NCBI RefSeq assembly: GCF_001194135.2
Contig: NC_068985.1
Location: forward strand, 19,098,204-19,153,385
Length of the DNA: 55,182 nt
Source: Octopus bimaculoides
Taxonomy: Eukaryota
Reading direction: 5' to 3'
The first letter of the stretch is position 1. Each line of letters starts with the position of its first letter. The position numbers were made by a program, and so were the translations under genes. Below, one piece after another: positions 1-10,770 of the stretch. The notes under the pieces are model-generated. The model was given only the letters and a program-made list of their open reading frames with translations. It searched no databases and was not told the DNA's origin.

Positions 1-23
1 ACAAAGGTGTAGACTGGTGTACC
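1..23 (-). other. Possible minus-strand exon start running off the window edge
   Basis: Minus strand reads ...TTTACACCTAATTCCAG|GGTACACCAGTCTACACCTTTGT. All three frames are open over only 23 nt (GTPVYTF, VHQSTPL, YTSLHLC), so support is weak. Confidence 0.2.
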
Positions 24-289
24 CTGGAATTAGGTGTAAACCATTGAAAATATTCAAAGTTTTGTAGAAAAATTTTTAAATATATATATTTTTAAACGTA
101 TATTTTTTTAAAAAAAAAAAGCTAAAAAGACTCACTAAATGACAATTCTTAAATGTTTGTAGTGTCCTGTATTGTCTCATCTATGTATGATATTTTATTA
201 TCGTAATAAAGAGAATTGGTAAGATATCAAAGGCAGATCCCCTTGTGGGGAATAAAGAAACAACATCAAAGGCAGAGTATTGAAAGAAT

Positions 290-420
290 CATTGGCGCAC
301 AAGGCAAAATGCTGTGCGGTATTCGTTTCAGCTATTTACGTTCTGAGTTCAAATCTGGCTAAGATTAACTTTGACTTCCATCTTTCCAAAGCCAATAAAA
401 TAAAGTATCAAACAAGTACT
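290..420 (+). mobile_element. Degenerate SINE family A fragment
   Basis: Contains TACGTTCTGAGTTCAAAT (B-box region) followed by diverged TTTGACTTCCATCTTT and ATAAAATAAAGTA, collinear with the other family A copies. Confidence 0.6.
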
Positions 421-604
421 TTGTTCAATTTAATCAATTTAATGGACTATCACGGGACAAGAGAACCTCGCTCAACATTGGGATTCGGACGAAATGTGAA
501 GTGAATCACTGGCTGGAATACATTACTGTTACATTAATATTAATTAAAGCGGCGAACTGGCAGAACCGTTACCGCAACTAACAAAATGCCTCGCAGCATT
601 CCGC

Positions 605-767
605 CCGTCTTTATGTTCTGAATTCAAATACCACTGCGGTCGGTCAACTTTATCTTTCCTGCATTCGCGGTCAATAAAATAAGTACCAGTTGAGCACTAG
701 GGGCCGACGTAATCGACTTAGCCTCTCTCCCGAAATTGCTGACCTTGCGCCAAAATTTGAAACCAAT
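605..767 (+). mobile_element. tRNA-derived SINE family A (octopus-type), near full length
   Basis: Head GGCGAACTGGCAGAA (A-box-like), GAATTCAAAT (B-box-like), ATAAGTACCAGTTGAGCACT, GTAATCGACTTA and tail CCAAAATTTGAAACCAAT are shared with many copies in the window. Confidence 0.85.
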
Positions 768-1536
768 ATTATCTATCTATCGATTTATCTATCTATTTCT
801 CTGTATTACTGTCAACACAGTATACACGCTCATGCTATCATTCATACATATACTTTCGCTAAAAGCGGACAACGCAAAAGTAAAAAAGTAGGAGCTCAAG
901 CACAATAGAACTCAATATTAGTTGTTTTACGATATTTGCGTTCAGCTGAGTCGACTTGCTTTTTTTTTAATCCTCTGAAATTGATAACATGCTCTTATCA
1001 CTGTGTTAGGAAAGTTTGGTGAATACTAAGCCCCTCCACACAAGAAAAATCGGTTTTGGGGCTCATTAAAAGAAATCTAACATTTGTTTGAAAAGAGGAG
1101 TGATAACCACATATCGTGGGAATACCTCTAGAGTGTCTGATTATTGGTTGAAATGGATTCAGTTTATTCCATTTCAATAGTTAATGCCTCTAGGAAAACT
1201 GCGAGCATAATAATTTCTCATTGCCTGCTCCCATCCTCAAATACATTTCTGAATCTTAGATAAAAAATAAAAAAAATATTTCACTAGTTGGAGAGTATGC
1301 AGTATTGTTCCAATTAAAAGATATATAAAATATAACCACCAAATATTCCACGAAATAAATTGAGTTATAAGAGAGGAAAGACAAGAAAAGGAAGTCGATA
1401 ACAATCTACTATGGATAAATAAACAACGAAGCAATGTACTAAGAGAACCATCAATTTGTCAAAGCAACGAATGAAAATAGATTGTTATAGATATAAAAGG
1501 ACGATGGAAACAGCTTTTGAAATAAAATGAACTTAC

Positions 1537-1584
1537 CTGGCCAATACCGGTAGTTGAAGTAGACTGTTTACCTTGAAGTAATTG
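1537..1584 (-). CDS. Candidate 48-nt internal exon of an unidentified host gene
   Basis: Minus strand has a pyrimidine tract CCTTTTCCTGTTTCGGTGCTTAACAG| and a consensus donor CAG|GTAAGT. Length is a multiple of 3, and two frames are open (QLLQGKQSTSTTGIGQ; NYFKVNSLLQLPVLA). No protein family recognised. Confidence 0.45.
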
Positions 1585-1682
1585 CTGTTAAGCACCGAAA
1601 CAGGAAAAGGTGGGTTGTTTTTTGTTCCACCTTTTTAGTCAGATGCCCTGTAAAGGGTAATGAGTACAACCAATTACAGCCC

Positions 1683-1792
1683 GGTACTACTTAAATACAG
1701 AGGTCTCGACGCATTTACGTAACCCTAACCACTGTGCACTGTAAAAACATCGTTACGTAGATGCATCGGGACCTCTGTATTTAAGCAGTACC
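1683..1792. mobile_element. Palindromic MITE with 41-bp inverted arms and TAACCCTAACC
   Basis: Arms 1683-1723 and 1752-1792 are reverse complements at 37/41 positions. The same termini recur at 47608-47701. Confidence 0.8.
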
Positions 1793-1870
1793 AGTCAAGT
1801 GCTAGGTTCAATGAAACCGACTGTCTGAGTCCTCAATTTTTGTTTGCCTCTGTAAATATAAATAAAGGAT
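1793..1870 (+). mobile_element. Diverged 3' half of SINE family A
   Basis: AGTCAAGTGCTAGGTTCAATGAAACCGACT...AAAGGATTAT parallels the SINE 3' region AGT.GAG.ACTGGGGTCGATGTAATCGACT...GAAAGGATTAT. Confidence 0.5.
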
Positions 1871-2069
1871 TATCAGGTACAATGGAGAACCTTTTTTTTT
1901 AGCTTCATTGTAACTTTCTTTTTGATCATTGAGAAAACAGATTCATTCAATTTGCAGCACAACCAATCTGAGTTATTGTGGAAATCTTACAGTTAGAGAA
2001 CCTTACGGTATAATCTCACAGCAGAGAAGGTATAATCTAACCGTAAGAAACTTGATAGTTAGAGAAGGT

Positions 2070-2230
2070 ACAATCGGTTAATTTGATCGCAGGGCATGAC
2101 GGTGTCGACTATGGCAGATAAAAGGTAAACTCAATATTACGGGAATTTGAACTCAAAAAATGAAGAAACGGAGTTAAAGACTGTAAGGTATTTTATCCGA
2201 CGCTTTATTGCTCCAACCAATCTGCCGCTC
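2070..2230 (-). mobile_element. Degenerate SINE family A
   Basis: Plus-strand GGAATTTGAACTCA and AAAAGGTAAA are reverse complements of the SINE core; TCTGCCGC matches the head. Confidence 0.55.
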
Positions 2231-2239
2231 CTGTGAATA

Positions 2240-2757
2240 CAGTAATCCCTCGCCATATCGCGGTTCACCTATCGCGCCCTCACTATATCGCGGATTTTTC
2301 TGGCTAGACTAGAATTGCAGGAAGTGAATAAACTGAATTGGTTATCTAGAAATAATTTGAATGCTGAGCACTAAACAATAAAACTTAATCCCAATATTTA
2401 AATTTATATCGCAGGTTTCTGCGGCCGAGAGGTATTTATATATATTTTTAGATTTTAATTATTTCTGTGGTTAAATAAGCCTTTTCACGCCTTAAAATTA
2501 ATTAATTAATTAATAAAAATAGAGTACAGAAAATACGTAGTGTACCGTAGATGAGTAAACAAAGAATCGCACATACTGCATAGAAAACGAAACTCGGGAG
2601 GCGAGTGTGTGGTATTGTTTTGAACTTAAAATAAATATATACAAATTATAAAAATGATAAAAAATATATACAGTACAGTACTGTTTCTACTTCGCGGATT
2701 TTCACCTATCGCAGGAGGTTTTGGAACGTAACACCCGCGACAGTCGAGGGATTACTC
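2240..2757. mobile_element. Tigger/pogo-type (Tc1/mariner superfamily) MITE
   Basis: TIRs CAGTAATCCCTCG / CGAGGGATTACTC are flanked by TA on both sides (2238-39, 2758-59), with subterminal repeats CACCTATCGC and TCGCGGATTTT. Confidence 0.8.
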
Positions 2758-2789
2758 TATATTGACTTCTAACATCGGTAGAAAGCCTC

Positions 2790-2975
2790 ACATTTTGGTG
2801 GGTGGGTACTCGATACGATTGACTTGGAACATTCAACTCGTACATATTTCATTGAAACTGGAAGGATAAAAAGGTAAAGTCGACCAAGGTGGTATTTGAA
2901 CGCTGAACGTTAAGAGAATCATCTTAATACTGCAAAGAATTTCGTTCGTCGTTCTATTGGCTTTGCCAAATCCAC
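2790..2975 (-). mobile_element. Degenerate SINE family A
   Basis: GGATAAAAAGGTAAAGTCGACC...TTTGAAC is the reverse complement of the SINE core. Confidence 0.65.
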
Positions 2976-4724
2976 CACTCTCTATGAAAATATAATATTG
3001 TGTTGTTCTTTCGATGCTTCGTCTTTTAAGACTGAGTTCATACAAAAATGTAACAGTGTTTCTCTCTAGTAACGTGTAAGATAAAATCATGTACAAGAAC
3101 ATTATTTTTTTAAGAATAACGAAGGAGAGTGAAAACTAAAAGGCAAATTTTATCTTTTCTTCTACTTCTTGCCTTTTGTTTTTAGCTGTAAAAACACAAG
3201 CCTTAGACTAGAATTGCAGGAAGTGAATAAACTGAATTGGCTATCTAGAAATAATTTGAATACCGAGCACTAAACAATAAAACTTAATCCCAACTCTTGA
3301 ACGGTGCCAATGCGACTATAAATACCAGTGTGTTGCCACGACGATCTCACCAGATACGAATAACAAGATAATAGTACATAGTAGTATACGTGTTCATCTA
3401 CTTGTATTTATATTACCATAATTCAGAGAAGGCAGACATAAACATATCTTATAGCCGTTAAAAAATATAGAAATAATTACCTTCAAGACGATCTTTTTCT
3501 TCTATTTAATTAACCTGTTTATTTTTTTTTTCTGCAAGTATTTGAAATACAGAAACTTTTCTGTTTATAGTGTATACAAAAGAAATCAAATGTAAAAGCT
3601 TTTTGGCATATCTATTTATATAGGAAGAAATAAGACCAAATCACGAATCAGCAAAAGAGGAAAACAAAGCAAAACAACTAACCTAAACTAAACTAAATGG
3701 TAACATTTCAACTAAATTTCAACAGACAAAAGTTTTTTTTAGTGTCGTGACGTTCATGTTTTCTCAACAGAATTAGCGGCTCACAAATTTGGCTTGAATC
3801 AACAAGGAATTATAATGTCGATACTGTTTTATGGTAGTGACGAATGCATGTAACAGATTTGTGAGCCGAGAACTTTAGGCAGCTAAACGTTTTCCCCACC
3901 CAAACTGATATCGACGATGAAAGCGACGGTAAGAATGGTGGTAAGGGTCAATAATCTTAGCCTGGATGGGATTCTGATCCACTTGATCCAGTATCACATT
4001 TTTGAAAGGCTCGATGATCAATACTTAGTGGCTGTCCCCAGAAAAGCTGATTTCGGTCCAGCTTTAATATGCAACAGGATTGCTCAGTGATCAGCCTAAA
4101 TAACCAGCTATCGGAATCAAGTCGACCCACACGCTTGGTGTCCATCACAGTTGGTTGGTGTGCTATAGCTCTAGTGTGTGTTTTGGCTATTAAATCATTA
4201 TTGTAGAAGCTAGAAGCGTTGAAGGACCTTTCTGGAACTGGGATGCTGGGAAGTCGTCCATGTCGCCTTGCCATATACAGATGGTATTGCCATAATTTGA
4301 ACGCAACAGAAATTGAGATAGTCGGTGCACAGAAGGAATGCAAGGTAGTAATTGGAGTATGCATTGTAAATAAGTATAAGCCTGTGGACTTGCATCTCGA
4401 CCCCTGGAGAGTTAGTTGCATGCCTCGCTAGTGTCATTAAGGTGTCTAGAGTATGGTTCGAGTAGTGTCATTAAGATGTCTAGAGTTACAAATAGGATGG
4501 TCAGTCTCGCTCAAAATGGGTAGAGAAGAAGCCACCCCAGAAATGTCGAGTAGAGCTGACGAATGTCTACATTGCTTCTGTTGTTTATAACAGCTTGATC
4601 GATTTGCCTTACCTCGGGTATAATCTGGCTACGCTGGAGCATCTACTATTTTGCTTCTTGTGGAATGGACGCATTCCATTAGTTAAAAGGTCCAAATCGT
4701 GCAAACGCCATTTGCGCGGAGGGT

Positions 4725-5120
4725 TTGGTATGTAATCGACTCATCCCCTCCCCCAAAATTGCTGCCCTTGTGACAAAATTTGAAACCATAAGGTGGTGAG
4801 CTGGCAGAACCGTCAGCATGCAGGCAAAAATGTTTAGCGGTATTTCGTTCGTCTGTACGTTCTGAGTTCAAATTCTGCTGAGGTTGACTTTGCCTTTCTT
4901 CCTTTCGGGGTCGATAAAATACGTTTTGAGTTCAAATTCCGTTGAGGTCGACTATGCTTTTTATCCCTTCAGGGTTGATAAAATAAGTACCCGTTGAGCA
5001 TTGGGATCGATGTAATCCACTTACCCCCTCCTCCGAAATTTTTAACCTTGTGTCTATAACAGAAAAGATTATTATTAAGATTGTGAGCTAGCAGAATCTA
5101 TAGAGCGCCGGACAAAATCA
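4725..5120 (+). mobile_element. Head-to-tail SINE family A cluster (3' piece, one copy with a 64-bp internal duplication, start of a third copy)
   Basis: Tail at 4725-4787, head GGTGAGCTGGCAGAA at ~4794, duplicated core 4857-4920/4921-4984, and a new head GTGAGCTAGCAGAATC at ~5083 before the N gap. Confidence 0.85.
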
Positions 5121-6080
5121 TATAGTATTTATTGCNNNNNNNNNNNNNNNNNNNNNNNNNNNNNNNNNNNNNNNNNNNNNNNNNNNNNNNNNNNNNNNNN
5201 NNNNNNNNNNNNNNNNNNNNNNNNNNNNNNNNNNNNNNNNNNNNNNNNNNNNNNNNNNNNNNNNNNNNNNNNNNNNNNNNNNNNNNNNNNNNNNNNNNNN
5301 NNNNNNNNNNNNNNNNNNNNNNNNNNNNNNNNNNNNNNNNNNNNNNNNNNNNNNNNNNNNNNNNNNNNNNNNNNNNNNNNNNNNNNNNNNNNNNNNNNNN
5401 NNNNNNNNNNNNNNNNNNNNNNNNNNNNNNNNNNNNTGTTTCAGTTTGTATACAAACGATTTCAGAACGATTTGGACGTCTACCGCATTGCGTGGGGTAG
5501 AAGAAAGAGCCGTCTTTTAAACATGTATATTATTAAAAAAAATAATGTTGCTTGCGAGTAATGTAATATGACTTCTTTTGTGGGAGAAGGAAGAGGCACC
5601 AGCAGGAATGAAGTTAGCACTGATTACGCTCCCAGAGAGAGAGAGGGAGAGAGAGATGGATTTTTTTTGAAAACAATAACACGGCGTTTAAAAGAGAAAA
5701 AGAGAAACAGAAGAAGATAAAAAAAAAAGAAAGAAAAAGAATACAATTGAACAAGCAAACAGCAGACATTTACAGTTTAACATATGAAAAAAAAAAGATA
5801 TTTCTAATCTATTATATAAATAACTACTGGAACTGTCAGTCTGTGTCATACACACGCACACACAATGCATAACACACGCGTACACATACACACGCCCTTG
5901 CATTCACTCTCCCCGTCTATATATGTTTACGCATGTGCATGCATGCACACACACACACACACATACACACATATCTTTGTACTTATGTATGTCGAAAATA
6001 TTGTGCCGTCTGTCTCTCACATCCTGTCTGTCTGTCTGTCTCTCTCTCTAAATATGAGTGTGTCTATGCGTGTATGTATT

Positions 6081-6212
6081 ATGGCAGTGTTGTTAGAGCG
6101 TCTAATAAAATGCCTCGAGTTATTCATTCCGACGCTCAGCACCCTGAGTTCAAATCCCGCCGAGGTCAACCTTTGCCTTTCAGCTCTTCCGGTGTGTGCA
6201 AAATTAAGTACC
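6081..6212 (+). mobile_element. SINE family A, 3'-truncated
   Basis: CTGAGTTCAAATCCCGCCGAGGTCAACCTTTGCCTTTCA...TTAAGTACC. Confidence 0.75.
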
Positions 6213-7482
6213 CTTCTTCTTCTTTGGATCTGGTGGTAGACGGGTTTAGGGAGTTGTGGCGGGATACATGACTCTACCAGGCAAGCTGGCATATAAGATG
6301 CACTCCCCCCCCCCACCAAAATGTCTCAAAATATTACCCTGGATCCTATATGCGGAGTTGTTTTGAATATTACATGCTTTAATGCACTAAAAACATTTTT
6401 CCTGAACATGTGCTGCTGAAATTGGGGTGCGTCTCTTGCACCCGTATGTCTTTTACACCATCAAATACGGTAATTATATTCAGCTGAGTAGACTTGAACA
6501 GCAGGGAATGATCGTAATCCTAACACCTTTCACGCAGCCGGTACTCGGTTTACACGGTTCTTTTTATTGTATGGTTTCTCTTCAGAACGGTTTCTCCTCA
6601 GTACAGTTTTCGTTTGTGTCGAAGGTTCCTTTGTTCTCTCTCTCTCTCTCTCTCTCTATCTCTTTCTTTCTCTCTCAGTCACACTTCACTTTACGTGTAA
6701 GGGAACAACACTTCGTTATTTCCGTTTCGACTTTTCATATTACTTTGATTATGCATCTGTACTCGTTTATCACGGTGGAGAAGGGTTGGTTCCAAAAGAC
6801 ACTGTAGTAAATGAATCAGTAGTCAATGAATAATAGAGCATATGGGGTGAGGTTGGTTTCGTTTTGAGATTCCAAGCTGTACCTAGCATTGGAGACGGTC
6901 GCTGGGGACGGTCCAAACAGAATCTTTGACTGATCACTGACCTGAGTTATTGTAGATCAATTCGTGATAAGCGTAACACAGTTCATAATTTACGTACCAT
7001 GTTATTCCGGATCAGTGATGAATGAATCAGCGATAAACGGGGATAGATGTATTACATTTTATTCAATCGACAGAAAGTTAGACTGCACTCTGAACTACCG
7101 ATTATGTTGGAATTATTTGTTTTTAATAGTCTTTTAGACATCTTCGAGGTTGAATTAAAGAGTTTCAAATGGCAAGAAGGTATACATCTCTGGAAGTAAA
7201 AAATAATCTATGAAACCAATTTCGAAGTGGAAGCGGCTCAACAGAAACTTCGAAATAGTTCAATATAAACAAAGGAATTACAAGAACCACGACACCATAC
7301 ATACGACGTAACATGGAAACGAGGGGAAAACTATATTATTTTAAATAGAAGATAAAACCCAATATTACGACAGTATATGATATATAATATAATGCGACAT
7401 TATATCATATTATATTATTTTATATTCTATCATATTATATTATATTATATTATATAAATGAATGTATGTATATTCTTTTATT

Positions 7483-7555
7483 CGTTTACTTGTTTCAGTC
7501 ATTAGATTGCAGCCATGCAATTAGTAAAACCAATCGACCCCCAGTACTTATTTTT
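7483..7555 (-). mobile_element. SINE family B 3' end
   Basis: TTACTTGTTTCAGTCATT...ATCGACCCCCAGTACTTATT is the reverse complement of the family B tail (compare 39740-39840). Confidence 0.65.
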
Positions 7556-8185
7556 GTAAAGTCTGATATTACAATACTTGGAACTACTTCACCTACATAT
7601 TCACTTAGATTTCTGTAAGGAAATGAAATTTCATCATTTGTCCCAAATCAGCGAAACGAAGACCTTATAACTTGGCTTATTCTGATTATTCTGCGATACC
7701 AAATTCTTTCACTTAATTAGGTAGATCCAGCAGCAACTATGCTATCGAAACTTTACTTTCAAACTGTGTTTTCTTCTTTTTAGAACAATACGATTTTCTA
7801 TTATTTTCCCCCCTCTCTACGCCTGCAATTTTCTTTTCTTGAGATAAAACTGGAGTTGTTTTCTTTCAAATTTCCCTTCAGCTTCAAGAATACTCGTTGA
7901 TGTTCGCTATGACCTTAACCGCTAAAAGTACACAAAACTTGTTTAATCTTTTCTATATCATTTTTTAAATCGGAACTTAATGGAAAAAAGCAAAGGGCGG
8001 GGAACACCCCTGAGTTATGGATATTGTAAAGCAAAAGAAAAACACTTATGATTAGTGTTATTTTTTTTCAACCAGTTTAATTTGTTTAATATTTCGGATG
8101 AGATAAATGGGATCTAAAAACAGAAATGTGCTAATAGAATATATAAATATACCAACGAGCTAACTGGAGCATATCTTCTACTTAC

Positions 8186-8248
8186 CTATCTTCTTGTACT
8201 AGCTGTGGCAGTAAATATATTCTAAAAACTGGAACTTGCCTTCTTTTC
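8186..8248 (-). CDS. Candidate 63-nt internal exon of an unidentified host gene
   Basis: Minus strand has acceptor ATATTTATATTTCAG| and donor ATAG|GTAAGT. Length is a multiple of 3. One frame is open (phase 2-2: KRRQVPVFRIYLLPQLVQED) and is phase-compatible with the NYFKVNSLLQLPVLA frame of 1537-1584. Confidence 0.45.
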
Positions 8249-9161
8249 CTGAAATATAAATATGTAACCAATGGTTTCAGCAAATCCATGCCAAAGTTGT
8301 AAAATCTCGGACCGAATGAGATATTAGTTAGGGGTTGAATTTCTTCTTAATTAGATATAAAAACAAACAAATAAATTAAATTTGTTAATCGATTATACGG
8401 TGGCTTTGAAACTCTTAGCTTCGAATTTCATTAATTTTCCAACATTAGTCAAAACAAACTTTAAAAAATGTTTTTACAAATAAAAATAAAAAAGGAAAGA
8501 AAATTCACGACATTCATTTTGCGTATCTCATTAACATAACATATAACGAAATGTTTATAAGTAACCATAAACTAATGCAAATAACTTTTGATTAAGTTAT
8601 TAAACAACTGACACATTTGAGCGAGCACCAATATACTGATAGATTATTTCCGGTAGAGGAGATTGATACTCGTCGGTAAATAGCAGATTGTACTTTACGA
8701 AAATAGAGCGGTCGGTGAATGGTGTTGAACGATGTGTTTTCAACATAGCGATGGTAAGTTAAGGGATCTGGTTGAATGTAAACAGTTTCTGATAATAGGA
8801 TGTGCTTGTATAAACAACCAGTTATTGGGAAGCTGACGCTTTCACGAACATTCAAACATATAGCGTTTCTTAAGAGATCTGCATTGGTCTCCGCGAAAAA
8901 GACATCGCTTCAAATTGTCAACATATTAAATATTCAATTAGCAATTGTTACTTTCTGTTTCAGCAAAACTACCTTTATTTTTAGTTTTATCTTCTTTATT
9001 CTTCTTCCCTGTGTTCAAAAATAATCCTTTTCAGCTTTCTCGTTAAATGTATTATCGTTTTGCATGTTTATATTTCCTTTATTCCTTCTAAACTTGGTTG
9101 AAGTAGGGCGTGTTCAAGTAAAGCATCTTATTTCCGACATCGTTAAAAGGTCTGGCACTTA

Positions 9162-9204
<43 letters not shown>

Positions 9205-10002
9205 TTCTTTATATATATATAAAGAAGCAACAAAGGCAAACGTACAAATTGCTTGCTGAAAACTATCATTATAGTACACATTACGTTCATTACATCTAGG
9301 AAAATTAATCTGACATAATTTCCATTTTTCTTACTTTCTGTTGGTACCTGGTGTAAAAACAACAACAACAAAAAACAAGCCATGTTAATGTTTGCTTTCC
9401 TCTTTATCACCCCGTAAATCTATGACATCGTTTACGTCAATATTTACAGTTTCCTCAGTTCTTTTCCTCTTTTGTCTCTGCAACTTAATGCAACTTATTC
9501 TCAGTGAAGCATAAAACAGCGCAAGTAGAATGAATCTCTTAAGCAATACATAAAACATATACCATTTATCTGAAGGTTTTAAAAAGTAATAAAGTGTATT
9601 AAGACGATTTCTCGAATTCCTTTAATCACTTGTATACATGCGTATGCTCATACATACATACATAAAAACATGTCTTTGTACATATTAATTTATGTGTATA
9701 CACACACAAATGCATGCACGCCCACACTCATATATATCTAAGTGTCAATATATACTTGAGAGGGAATGCGTTGTGAATAAATAAATAAATAAATAAACTG
9801 AGTCATGTGCATAACCGAGTCTGTCGGTTCGATCCTCATTCCAACCTGCCAAAGACACCTTCACGGGGTCTAATTTCACAGTACACCCCTACCACACACA
9901 TTGTTGACGTCATAAAAATTTAACTTTCGAGGGAACGTGGAATAAATTGTTTTCAGAATAACATATCTCCAAGCACACACATAAAGCTATGAATAACAGT
10001 AT

Positions 10003-10220
10003 GTAAATATTGGGTTGAAAAACCCTTTTGGATAGAAAAAGTCGAAGGCTACTCGTGGGACTCGAACTCACATTTCCCGCAGACAAGACAGGTATTCTAC
10101 CATTGTACCAAAGCAATATTTTAAATTTCTTTACTTATGCTTACAGGAGATGTGGGTTCGAATTTCAAGAGCAAGTTTCGACCTTTTCTGTCCATAAGAG
10201 TTTTTCAACCCAGTATTTAC
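10003..10220. mobile_element. Fold-back element made of two inverted tRNA-like units
   Basis: Arms ~10003-10087 and ~10136-10220 are reverse complements. A tRNA-like unit with A and B boxes lies on the minus strand at 10047-10114, and a B-box GGGTTCGAAT lies on the plus strand at ~10154. Confidence 0.75.
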
Positions 10221-10343
10221 TCGCTCTGTCTGTCTGTCTGTCTCTTTCTTTCTATAAATAAATGATATATANNNNNNNNNNNNNNNNNNNNNNNNNNNNN
10301 NNNNNNNNNNNNNNNNNNNNNNNNNNNNNNNNNNNNNNNNNNN

Positions 10344-10588
10344 ATATATATATATATATAAATAATAGAAATATGTTACAAAAACAAAATAGAAACTACA
10401 CGTGGAAATGTAAGGGGAAAGTAAGAAGAAAAATAAGCGAAATTGGAAATTAAAAGTAAAGGCTTTTTATGAAAAATAACGATAGATATATACAATTAGA
10501 TGAACTGAGGTAGGAATAAAAGTAATAAAAGTCATTATTGTGAGTTGTTAAAGAGATTCAAAAGCATACCAGTTTCGTAATATTACTT
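10344..10588. repeat. Unclassified ~245-bp interspersed repeat, second copy at 35341-35579
   Basis: Long identical blocks are shared by both copies (e.g. ATAATAGAAATATGTTACAAAAACAAAATAGAAA; GATAGATATATACAATTAGATGAACTGAGGTAGGAATAAA). Both abut (TA)n and end at TTTCGTAATATTACT. Confidence 0.8.
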
Positions 10589-10594
10589 ATATAT

Positions 10595-10770
10595 GCATAT
10601 AAGGGTACAGGACGTCACCAACTGTGAAAACAACATGAAATACGTAGATAAACGAGTTAAATAAGTAAACAACGAGAGAAGAAAATGGAAAACAGGACAA
10701 GTAAACACAGGGAAACGACCCTTCATCAGTTGTCCGCTGTCTATCTACTCCTCATTTCAAGCATTATATA
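10595..10770 (-). mobile_element. Probable Penelope-like element terminal remnant
   Basis: Minus strand has CTGATGAAGGG within a hammerhead-like stem arrangement, followed by pyrimidine-rich sequence. Assignment is by motif only. Confidence 0.35.

Noticed and set aside
3322-3335. TATAAATA TATA-box-like motif, possible solo LTR or promoter
   Set aside because: Expected by chance in AT-rich DNA; no TG...CA ends with TSD identified.
7138-7300. Plus-strand 42-nt exon candidate (IFEVELKSFKWQE)
   Set aside because: Weak donor GTATAC; the overlapping MARRYTSLEVK..IYETNFEVEAAQQKLR looks like a decayed Tc1/mariner HTH start.
10047-10114. Functional tRNA gene
   Set aside because: Irregular anticodon arm and acceptor stem, embedded in a fold-back repeat; treated as tRNA-derived.
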